A DNA stretch of 64,000 nucleotides, taken from the NCBI GenBank assembly GCA_035556135.1, contig DATMFO010000002.1:35156-99155 (forward strand), read 5' to 3'. Below, piece after piece: positions 33,476-41,151 of this stretch (the first letter of the stretch is position 1; each line of letters opens with the position of its first letter). The stretch is from Steroidobacteraceae bacterium. GTDB taxonomy: Bacteria > Pseudomonadota > Gammaproteobacteria > Steroidobacterales > Steroidobacteraceae. The position numbers and the translations under genes were made by a program. The notes under the pieces are model-generated. The model ran no database searches, was not told the origin of the DNA, and was given only the letters and a program-made list of their open reading frames with translations.

Positions 33476-33844
33476 ATGATGGTCTGGACTTACCTGGTTT
33501 ACATCGCGATCAGCCTGGCCGCCACAATCTGGGTGGGGCGCAGCCTGCACCACAATGGCCGGGTGTTCCTCGTGGAGAACTTCCGGGGCCAGGAGACGCT
33601 GGCCGACTCGATCAACCACCTGCTGCTGGTGGGCTTCTACCTGATCAACATCGGCTTCGTGTCGCTCGCCCTGCGTTACGGCCAGAAGCCGGTGAACCTG
33701 GTGGGTGCGGTGGAGTTCCTCAGCACCAAGATCGGCCTGGTGATCGTGCTGCTCGGGTTCATGCACTTCTTCAACATGCGCATGCTGGCGCGCTTCCGCG
33801 ACTCGTCGGTATTCGGCAGGCTGGTGCCGCGACCGGCAACCTGA
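33476..33844 (+). CDS. small integral membrane protein of unknown function
   Basis: AAGGGAG RBS. Three or four hydrophobic helices (LVYIAISLAATIWV, LLLVGFYLINIGFVSLAL, IGLVIVLLGFMHFF). Divergent from the ArsR gene. Confidence 0.65.
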   Translation: MMVWTYLVYIAISLAATIWVGRSLHHNGRVFLVENFRGQETLADSINHLLLVGFYLINIGFVSLALRYGQKPVNLVGAVEFLSTKIGLVIVLLGFMHFFNMRMLARFRDSSVFGRLVPRPAT

Positions 33845-33874
33845 GGCGCAACCCCCAGTGAAGGGCGGGCCAGA

Positions 33875-35149
33875 TCAGTGGGTCTGGTCCGCCCCGGCCT
33901 TTCCAGTGACGATCCGTGCTCCCCGCTGGTACGTCCAGTACGCGCCCGCCCAGTCGATCAGCACCACCAGCCGGTTGCGGAAACCGATCAGGAAGTAGAT
34001 GTGCGCGGCCAGCCAGAACCACCACGCGAGCACGCCGGAGAACCGCAGGCGCCCCATGTCGACCACCGCGGCCATGCGCCCGATGGTGGCCAGCAGACCG
34101 TGGTGCCGGTAGCGGAAGGGCGGTGCGGGCTTTCCCGCCAGGCGCGCGCAGAGCGTGCGCGCCACGTGGTTGCCCATCTGCTTGGCCGCCGGCGCAATGC
34201 CGGGTACGGGCCCCTCGGGCGCGGTGACCGCCGCCAGGTCGCCGGCCACGAAGATCTCCGGGTGCCCGGGCACTGACAGATCCTGCGCCACCTGCACACG
34301 CCCATTGCGATCCAGCGGCACGCCCAGGCTGCGCGCCAGCGGCGAGGCAGTGACGCCGGCCGCCCACAAGACAGTGCGCGTGGCCAGGCGTTCCTCGCCC
34401 ATGTTCACGCCAGATGCATCCACGCCTGTGATGGCGCGGCCGGTGAGTACGGTAACACCGAGCTTTGCCAGCTGCCGCTTCGCGCTGGCGGAAAGTGCCT
34501 CGGGAAAGGCGGGCAGCACGCGCGCACCGGCTTCCACGAGTACCACCCGCGCGCTGGCCGGATCAATGCGCCGGAATTCGCCGGTAAGCGTGTGCCGCGC
34601 GATCTCCGCCAGCGTGCCGGCCAGTTCCACGCCGGTCGGACCGCCGCCGACGATCACGAACGTGAGCTGCGCGCGGACTTCCTCCGGATCGCTGGACGCT
34701 TCCGCACATTCGAAGGCATTGAGGATGCGCCCGCGGATGCGCAGCGCATCATCCAGCGTCTTCAATCCCGGTGCAAAAGGCGCCCAGTCGTCATGGCCGA
34801 AGTAGGCGTGCGACACGCCGGTGGCCAGCAGCAGGTAGTCGTAGCTCACGGCCGCGTCGCCGATGAACACCTGGCGCGAGGCTGGATCGATGCGCGTCAC
34901 CTCGCCCAGGCGCACCGTGACATTGGCCTGGCGGCGCAGGATGTGCCGCAGTGGTGCGGCGATTGATGGCGAGGCAAGCCCCGCCGTGGCCACCTGGTAC
35001 AGCAGCGGCTGGAAGGTGTGGTGGTTGTGCTGGTCGACCAGCAGGATGTCGGCTGGCGCCCTGCGCAACGCGCGCACCGCCCACAGCCCGGCAAAGCCCC
35101 CGCCGATCACGAGGATCCGCGGCCTGCTGTCCTGCGCCGGGCCTGGCAC
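33875..35149 (-). CDS. type II NADH dehydrogenase-like NAD(P)/FAD-dependent oxidoreductase
   Basis: RILVIGGGFAGLWA...HHTFQPLLYQVATAGL...FVIVGGGPTGVELAG. C-terminal hydrophobic segment. GTG start 3 nt after the iorB stop. Confidence 0.85.
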   Translation of the reverse strand: MPGPAQDSRPRILVIGGGFAGLWAVRALRRAPADILLVDQHNHHTFQPLLYQVATAGLASPSIAAPLRHILRRQANVTVRLGEVTRIDPASRQVFIGDAAVSYDYLLLATGVSHAYFGHDDWAPFAPGLKTLDDALRIRGRILNAFECAEASSDPEEVRAQLTFVIVGGGPTGVELAGTLAEIARHTLTGEFRRIDPASARVVLVEAGARVLPAFPEALSASAKRQLAKLGVTVLTGRAITGVDASGVNMGEERLATRTVLWAAGVTASPLARSLGVPLDRNGRVQVAQDLSVPGHPEIFVAGDLAAVTAPEGPVPGIAPAAKQMGNHVARTLCARLAGKPAPPFRYRHHGLLATIGRMAAVVDMGRLRFSGVLAWWFWLAAHIYFLIGFRNRLVVLIDWAGAYWTYQRGARIVTGKAGADQTH

Positions 35150-35152
35150 GCC

Positions 35153-37375
35153 TCAGGCCAGCTTCACGCCGGAGCTGCTGAATGGCAGCTGCTGCACCGT
35201 CTTGCCGGTGAGCTGCGCGATGGCGTTCGCCACCGCCGGTCCGATGGGTGGCGTGCCGGGTTCTCCCACGCCGGTTGGTGCGGCGGTGGAGGGCACGATG
35301 TATACCTCGATCCTGGGCGCCTCGTTGATGCGCAGCACGGTGTGGTCGTGGAAATTGCTCTGCTTCACGCGCCCGTCTTCCAGCGTGATGAGGCCGGTGG
35401 CCACGGCGCTGAGGCCGTAGATGATTCCCGACTCCATCTGCATCGCGACGATGTTGGGATTCACGGCAATGCCGCAATCCACTGCGCACACTACGCGTTC
35501 GACCTTGAAGCCATTGCCCCGCTGGCTGACCTCGACGATCTCGGCCACCACGCTGTTGAAGGATTCATGCACGGCCACGCCGCGCGCGGTGCCCTTGGGC
35601 AGCTCGCTGCCCCAGCCGGCCTTTTCGGCGGCGAGGTTCAGTGCCGCCAGGTGGCGGGGATGTTTCGCCAGCAGGCTGCGGCGCAGCTCCACCGGATCCT
35701 GGCCGGTGCCGCGGGCGATCTCGTCCAGGAAGGCCTCCACCGCATAGGCCGTGTGCGTGGATCCCACCGAGCGCCACCACAGCACGGGCACGCCCAGCTT
35801 CGTGGTGTGCAGGTCCACCATCAGGTTCGGGATGTCATAGGGGAGGTTCGAGACGCCCTCCACCGAGCTGTTGTCGAACTTCGCATCCGGGGCCATCAGC
35901 CCCGTGCCTTCCATGATGGACTGGCCGACGATGCGCTGCTGCCAGGCGGTGATCCTGCCGCTCTTGTCCACCGCAGCGCTGAGCGTGTGCAGGTAGGCGG
36001 GGCGGTAGAAGCCGGCGCGCAGGTCATCCTCGCGCATCCACACCATCTTGACGGGCCGGCCGCTGCCGTCCGCCTTGGCGATGGCCACGGCATCTGCGAG
36101 ATAGTCGGACCAGGCATTGCCGCGGCGGCCGAAGCTGCCGCCGGAGTAGAGCATGTGGATCTTCACCTGCTCGGGCTTCAGCCCCAGCATCTTCGCGATC
36201 ACGTTCTGGTCGCCGGTGTGGAACTGCTCGCCGTTCCAGACCTCGCAGCCGTCGGGCCTGATCCGCACCACGCAGTTCATCGGTTCCATCGCGGCATGGG
36301 CGAGGAAGGGGAACCAGTAGGTGGCATCGAACCGCTGGCCGGCCTCCAGCGCCGCCGCCACATCGCCTTCCTTGCGCACTTCCACGCCCGGCTCGGCGGC
36401 CAGTGCCTGGTAGTCGGCGAGGATGGCATCGGAGCCCTTGGTGAAGGCCTTGCTCTCGTCCCACTCGATCTTCAGTGCATCGCGCGCCTTCTTTGCCGAC
36501 CAGGTGTCGGTGGCCAGGACGGCCACGCCCTCGCGCGCTGAACCCTTGAATTGCACCACGTTGACCACATTGGGCAATGCCTTGGCGGCGGTGGCGTCGA
36601 CGCGCTTCACCGTGGCGCCGAAACGCGGTGGCAGCGCCACCACGGCGACCAACATGTCGGGCAGCTGCATGTCCTGGGTGTAGAACGCCGCGCCACTGGA
36701 TTTTTCCAGCGCGTCCACGCGCGGGGTGTCGCGGCCGATGAGCGTGAAGGCTTCCGGTTCCTTCACCTTCACGCCGTGGGGTACTTCCAGCCTGGCTGCG
36801 GCTGGCGCGAGTTCGCCGAAGGTGATGCTGCGGCCGCTGCCGGCATGCGACACGATGCCCTTGCTGATGGTGATCCCGGCGGCCGGCACACTCCATCGGG
36901 TCGCGGCCGCCTGCACCAGCATCGCTCGCGCCGTGGCGCCGGCCTGGCGCATCGGCTGCCAGAATGCGCTGATGGTGGTGCTGCCGCCGGTGCCCTGCAT
37001 GATGCCGCCGAAGGCCGGATTGCCGTACAGCTTCACGTCCGCAGGAGCGGCCTCGATGCTCACCTGGTTCCAGTCCGCATCCAGCTCTTCGGCGATCAGC
37101 GTGGCCAGGCCCGTGTACGCACCCTGGCCCACTTCCGTGTTCGGCGAGATCACCGTGATGCGGCTGTCGGTACCGATGCGCAGGAACTGGTTCGGCGCGA
37201 GGGTGGCCCCGGCATCGCTGCCGCTGGTGGAACAGCCGGAAAGCAGGGGGACGGTGCCCACCATTGCCAGCGTGAGGCCGGCGCCCCTCAGCACGTCGCG
37301 GCGGCTCGGTTGCGCCAGCGTGGCAGCGTTGAGGATGCGCACCGGCGGGGATGCGTCGCTATTGAAATGTTTCAT
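35153..37375 (-). CDS. molybdopterin-binding subunit of an xanthine dehydrogenase-family oxidoreductase (IorB/aldehyde oxidoreductase beta type), Tat signal
   Basis: ATG at 37375 gives MKHFN...[19 protein letters not shown]. The long molybdopterin-binding body includes VAEIVEVSQ...[14 protein letters not shown]. Confidence 0.85.
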   Translation of the reverse strand: MKHFNSDASPPVRILNAATLAQPSRRDVLRGAGLTLAMVGTVPLLSGCSTSGSDAGATLAPNQFLRIGTDSRITVISPNTEVGQGAYTGLATLIAEELDADWNQVSIEAAPADVKLYGNPAFGGIMQGTGGSTTISAFWQPMRQAGATARAMLVQAAATRWSVPAAGITISKGIVSHAGSGRSITFGELAPAAARLEVPHGVKVKEPEAFTLIGRDTPRVDALEKSSGAAFYTQDMQLPDMLVAVVALPPRFGATVKRVDATAAKALPNVVNVVQFKGSAREGVAVLATDTWSAKKARDALKIEWDESKAFTKGSDAILADYQALAAEPGVEVRKEGDVAAALEAGQRFDATYWFPFLAHAAMEPMNCVVRIRPDGCEVWNGEQFHTGDQNVIAKMLGLKPEQVKIHMLYSGGSFGRRGNAWSDYLADAVAIAKADGSGRPVKMVWMREDDLRAGFYRPAYLHTLSAAVDKSGRITAWQQRIVGQSIMEGTGLMAPDAKFDNSSVEGVSNLPYDIPNLMVDLHTTKLGVPVLWWRSVGSTHTAYAVEAFLDEIARGTGQDPVELRRSLLAKHPRHLAALNLAAEKAGWGSELPKGTARGVAVHESFNSVVAEIVEVSQRGNGFKVERVVCAVDCGIAVNPNIVAMQMESGIIYGLSAVATGLITLEDGRVKQSNFHDHTVLRINEAPRIEVYIVPSTAAPTGVGEPGTPPIGPAVANAIAQLTGKTVQQLPFSSSGVKLA

Positions 37376-37388
37376 GGCGGAATCCTGC

Positions 37389-37850
37389 TCAGGAGGCCAA
37401 TGCCGCGGCGGCACGGTGGATGGCGGCGCGGATGCGCATGTAGGTGCCGCAGCGGCAGATGTTGCCCGTCATGGCGGCATCGATCTGCGCGTCGCTGGGC
37501 TGGCGGTTCTGCTGCAGCAGCGCGGTGGCGCTCATGATCTGCCCGGACTGGCAATAACCGCACTGGGGCACGGCTTCGGCCACCCAGGCATCCTGCAGGG
37601 CCTTGCCCACCGCGTCGTTGGCCACGTGCTCGATGGTGGTGATCTTCTTTCCTTCCAGCGCCGACACCGGCAGCATGCAGCTGCGCGTGGCCGCGCCGTC
37701 GACGTGTACCGTGCAGGCGCCGCACAGGGCCATGCCACAGCCGAACTTGGTGCCGGTGAGCTTCAGGTGATCGCGCAGCACCCAGAGCAGGGGAGTGTCC
37801 GGCCCGGCCTCGGTGCTGAGCTGGCGGCTGTTGACGTCGAGCGTGATCAT
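37389..37850 (-). CDS. (2Fe-2S)-binding small subunit (IorA type)
   Basis: [23 protein letters not shown] and NICRCGTY cluster motifs. Confidence 0.9.
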   Translation of the reverse strand: MITLDVNSRQLSTEAGPDTPLLWVLRDHLKLTGTKFGCGMALCGACTVHVDGAATRSCMLPVSALEGKKITTIEHVANDAVGKALQDAWVAEAVPQCGYCQSGQIMSATALLQQNRQPSDAQIDAAMTGNICRCGTYMRIRAAIHRAAAALAS

Positions 37851-37883
37851 GACTATCCCTTCCCCGGATACGAAGACCTGTGC

Positions 37884-37898
37884 GAGCGGGCATTATCC
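37884..37898. repeat. core of the dispersed repeat (GAGCGGGCATTATCC), copy 3
   Basis: 15/15 identical to 501..515. On the minus strand it reads GGATAATGCCCGCTC, placing GATAAT about 40 nt upstream of the iorA start. Confidence 0.6.
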
Positions 37899-37913
37899 TA
37901 CAATCACCCCCGC

Positions 37914-38249
37914 ATGACCGATCTGCCCGCCACGGATGAATCCGCGCTGCTCGCACAGGCACTGGCCTGGCGTGAGAGCGGGCTGCGCGTGGGCATCGCT
38001 ACGGTGGTGTCCACATGGGGCTCCGCACCGCGCCCGGCGGGCAGCTTGCTGGTCTGCAATGAGGCCGGGCAGTTCGCGGGCTCGGTATCCGGTGGCTGCG
38101 TGGAAGTCGCGGTGATCGAAGCGGCTGCGGACGTGATGCGCGATGGCGCGCCACGACTGCTGGAGTTCGGCGTGAGCGACGAGCTGGCATTCAGCGTGGG
38201 ACTTGCGTGCGGCGGTCGCATCCGCGTCTGGGTGGAGGCACTGGAATAA
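37914..38249 (+). CDS. XdhC/CoxI family protein, N-terminal-domain polypeptide
   Basis: ATVVSTWGSAPRPAGSLLVCNEAGQFAGSVSGGCVE. Confidence 0.8.
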   Translation: MTDLPATDESALLAQALAWRESGLRVGIATVVSTWGSAPRPAGSLLVCNEAGQFAGSVSGGCVEVAVIEAAADVMRDGAPRLLEFGVSDELAFSVGLACGGRIRVWVEALE

Positions 38250-38950
38250 TGCGGCAGGGCCTGGCGCATGCATTGCTCGCCGCGCGCCGCGAGGCGCGTC
38301 CGGTGGTGCTGCTCACGCCGCTGGACGGCGGCCAGCAGCGCCTGCTCGATGAGCCCGCGTTGCAGCTTCTGGCGCATACCGAGCCAGGCCTCGCCGCCGC
38401 GGCCCGCACGGCCCTGGCCGGTGACCGGGTGCAGGTGGTCGAGGAGGCGGGGCACGAAGTGATGCTGGCCCCGCACAATCCACCGCTGCGACTGGTGATT
38501 GTCGGCGCGGTGCACATCAGCGAGGCGCTATGCGCGATGGCGCGCGCCACCGGCTATGCCGTGACGGTCATCGATCCACGCTCGGCATTCCTGCGGCCTG
38601 AGCGTTTTCCCGGTGTGCAGCTGCTGGACCAGTGGCCCCGCGAAGCCTTTGCGCAGATCAGGCCGGATGCACGCACGGCCGTGGTGCTGCTCACCCACGA
38701 TCCGAAGATCGACGACCCGGCCCTGCTTGCCGTGCTGCCCACGGAGGCTTTCTACATCGGCGCCCTCGGCTCGACGCGCACGCATGCCAAGCGCCTGCAG
38801 CGGCTGAGTGAGGCGGGGGTGGACGAGGCGGCACGTGCCCGCATCCGCGGGCCGGCCGGACTTTCCATCGGTGCGCGCACGCCGGCGGAGATTGCGGTGT
38901 CGGTGCTGGCGGAAATGACGCAGGCGCTGCGTCTTCCGGCAACGCCATAA
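38249..38950 (+). CDS. XdhC family protein, Rossmann-like C-terminal-domain polypeptide
   Basis: TAATG overlap with the upstream gene. LVIVGAVHISEALCAMARATGYAVTVIDPRSAF...YIGALGSTRTHAKR. Confidence 0.8.
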   Translation: MRQGLAHALLAARREARPVVLLTPLDGGQQRLLDEPALQLLAHTEPGLAAAARTALAGDRVQVVEEAGHEVMLAPHNPPLRLVIVGAVHISEALCAMARATGYAVTVIDPRSAFLRPERFPGVQLLDQWPREAFAQIRPDARTAVVLLTHDPKIDDPALLAVLPTEAFYIGALGSTRTHAKRLQRLSEAGVDEAARARIRGPAGLSIGARTPAEIAVSVLAEMTQALRLPATP

Positions 38951-38976
38951 AAATCCGGCCGCGCAAGGCGGCCGGA
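38947..38976 (-). terminator. rho-independent terminator of the BON gene (possibly bidirectional)
   Basis: TCCGGCCGC-GCAAG-GCGGCCGGA. On the minus strand it is followed by TTTTTAT. Confidence 0.7.
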
Positions 38977-39002
38977 AAGCCAGACTGCTTCCTGAAAGGA
39001 AA

Positions 39003-39446
39003 CTAGTTGGCCGGGGGGGCTGGGAGCACGGGCGGCGTGCCGGGCACGGCCGGAGGTGCTGCAGGCGAAACAGGTGGCAGGGCGGGACGGGAATTCACCT
39101 CATCCGGCTTGACGGTGATGCGGTTCTCCACGCGCTTCACGCCGTCGGCGTTCCTGGCGATCTTTTCCGCATTGGAACGCTCGGTCTGCGTATCCGCAGA
39201 ACCGGACAGAGTCACAACGCCATCCTTCACGTCGACATTCACGTCGAGGCCTTCGACCTCCGGAGAACGCAGCATGCTGGACTTGATCTTCGCCAGCAGG
39301 CTGGCGTCATCCACGGCCTCGCCAGCGCGCTGTGTGGTCGCCTGGGCGTCCTTCTTCACTTCCCTGGCGTCATCGGCATAAGCGGGCAGGGCGGCTACGC
39401 CACCGACCACCAGCGATGCCACGGTAATCGCGATGGTTTTCCTCAT
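39003..39446 (-). CDS. BON domain-containing periplasmic protein (OsmY-like)
   Basis: Signal peptide, then LLAKIKSSMLRSPEVEGLDVNVDVKDGVVTLSGSADT...AEKIARNADGVKRVENRITV and a Pro-rich tail. Confidence 0.8.
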   Translation of the reverse strand: MRKTIAITVASLVVGGVAALPAYADDAREVKKDAQATTQRAGEAVDDASLLAKIKSSMLRSPEVEGLDVNVDVKDGVVTLSGSADTQTERSNAEKIARNADGVKRVENRITVKPDEVNSRPALPPVSPAAPPAVPGTPPVLPAPPAN

Positions 39447-39522
39447 GTGCGCTCCTTCGTCACTTCGGACATGCTTGAACCTTGTTGGCGCACAGGTTCG
39501 CGCGGCGGGTGAGGATCAGCAG

Positions 39523-39786
39523 CTACCGCGCACTGTCTTCGGCAGTAGGATTTTTCCTGCTGTCGCGGAAAGGCGTCAGGCGCAGCGACTTGGCACAGCC
39601 CGTTGCATCCATGAAAGAGAGGTTGTCGCGGCCCACCTCGATGAAGTGGTGGCACTGGACGCAGTCGACGATTCCGCCCCAGGCGGCGAATTCCTCGAGC
39701 GTGGCCAGATCGCGGATCTGTTCCGGCGGCGCAATCCTGGCTCCGCAGCGCTGGCACTGGATGTGGACCGATTTGATGAGATGCAT
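39523..39786 (-). CDS. small Cys-rich protein, putative zinc ribbon
   Basis: 87 aa with CQRC...CVQCHH. Third-position GC is high through the first two thirds when the codons are read by hand. Confidence 0.5.
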   Translation of the reverse strand: MHLIKSVHIQCQRCGARIAPPEQIRDLATLEEFAAWGGIVDCVQCHHFIEVGRDNLSFMDATGCAKSLRLTPFRDSRKNPTAEDSAR

Positions 39787-39895
39787 TTCGGCACTCCCTC
39801 TTCCTGTCCGTTGAACCCATGTTAGTCACAGGACGGCCGCGAGCGGAATGCCTCCGCGTGCCGACACTTGCAACGGGGGAGAAAGGGGGAAAGGA

Positions 39896-39971
39896 TGGCG
39901 CTCCCTACCGGATTCGAACCGGTGTACTAGCCTTGAGAGGGCTATGTCCTGGGCCTCTAGACGAAGGGAGC
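39896..39971 (-). tRNA. tRNA-Glu (anticodon CUC)
   Basis: The reverse complement folds as GCTCCCT/TC/GTCT-AGAGGCCCA-GGAC/A/TAGCC-CTCTCAA-GGCTA/GTAC/ACCGG-TTCGAAT-CCGGT/AGGGAGC-G-CCA. Confidence 0.9.
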
Positions 39972-40086
39972 GTTGCCTGAAAATGGCACCTGAGGCGCCA
40001 TGCCGCGGCCGGGCTGCGGGGCGCGGTATTATATGCGTCGCGACTCCATGCTCAAGTCCCCGCTTAACCTGAGCTAATATGCGGCG

Positions 40087-41133
40087 ATGGCATCGCTGTT
40101 CTTCTGGCGCAAGGACAAGCCCGCAGCCCCCCGGGCGGCGGCCCCGGCGCCCGTGGCAGAGGTGCCGGCTTTTGGCCCTGTCACCGTCACCACCGTGAAT
40201 CTCGACGCCCCGCTGCGGCTGCCGGTGCAGCGCGTGGCACTGGCGGTGGCGCTGGGCGACGACCGCGCCGCAGATCCCGACATCCGGCTCGATGCCGCGC
40301 AGACCCGCCTGCTGCTGGCCGCCAGCAATGAATTTGCCCGCGTCGGCACCGAGCCGCGCTACACGCCCCAGCGTCCCTCGCTGCTGCCCCAGCTGCTCGA
40401 AGTGCTTGGCGACGAGGAGGCCTCGCTGCGCGCCTTCTCACGCATCATCTCCCAGGATCCGCATCTCACTGGCGAGCTGTTGCGCGCGGCAAACAGCCCG
40501 CTGTATCGCGTCAGTCCTGCGCCAGTCGAAAGCATTGACCGCGCGACAGTGCTGCTCGGGACCACCGGGCTGCGCACCCTGATCGCTGGCGCGGTGATGA
40601 ATCCCGCGAAGCTGGCCGGTGGCGCCGGTGCCGGCGGATTCGGCGACGTCATCTGGGAGCAGACGCTGTACGCGGCCTCAGCCGCGGAAGCCTGGGCGGC
40701 ACGCAACCAGAGCGCAGACCCTTTCGCCGCACACCTGGTAGCGCTGCTGCACGGCCTGGGCAGCGTGGCCGTGTACCGTGTGCTGAGCGATCTTCATGCA
40801 GCGCAGGGCGTGAAGCCCGATGCAGCGGCCATCGCCAGCAGCATCGAAACCAATGCCGCGGTCACGGCCGCCCGCATTGCGGCGAGCTGGGGTCTTTCCG
40901 AACGCACGCGCCAGGCACTGGAAGCGCAATCGGCAGCCGCTCCGGTGGCAGATGTCGCGCCCCTGGCCCGCACGCTGGAGTTCGGCCTGCTGGCCGGGGC
41001 GCTTACCCTGCTGTGCCGCCGCCGCCGCTTCACCCCGCAGCAGGCGCTGGAGCAGCTGTCACTGGCCGGCTTTTCCGGCCCGGTCACCGAACGCATCTGG
41101 GATCGGCTGGCGAGCGCCTACATTGCCCATTAG
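40087..41133 (+). CDS. HDOD domain-containing protein
   Basis: LRAFSRIISQDPHLTGELLRAANSPLYR...SIDRATVLLGTTGLRTL. Confidence 0.75.
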   Translation: MASLFFWRKDKPAAPRAAAPAPVAEVPAFGPVTVTTVNLDAPLRLPVQRVALAVALGDDRAADPDIRLDAAQTRLLLAASNEFARVGTEPRYTPQRPSLLPQLLEVLGDEEASLRAFSRIISQDPHLTGELLRAANSPLYRVSPAPVESIDRATVLLGTTGLRTLIAGAVMNPAKLAGGAGAGGFGDVIWEQTLYAASAAEAWAARNQSADPFAAHLVALLHGLGSVAVYRVLSDLHAAQGVKPDAAAIASSIETNAAVTAARIAASWGLSERTRQALEAQSAAAPVADVAPLARTLEFGLLAGALTLLCRRRRFTPQQALEQLSLAGFSGPVTERIWDRLASAYIAH

Positions 41134-41151
41134 GCCGCTACCGGCCCGGCC

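Noticed and set aside
30221-33844. Calling the copCD-arsC-ArsR block a mobile genomic island
   Set aside because: It is tRNA-adjacent and has AT-rich patches. But I saw no integrase, transposase, conjugation genes or direct repeat of the tRNA-Glu 3' end, so it is reported only as an observation.
37914-38950. Split xdhC as a frameshifted pseudogene
   Set aside because: The two ORFs correspond to the two intact XdhC domains and are joined by a TAATG overlap, which is typical of translational coupling. Two-gene versions of XdhC are common.
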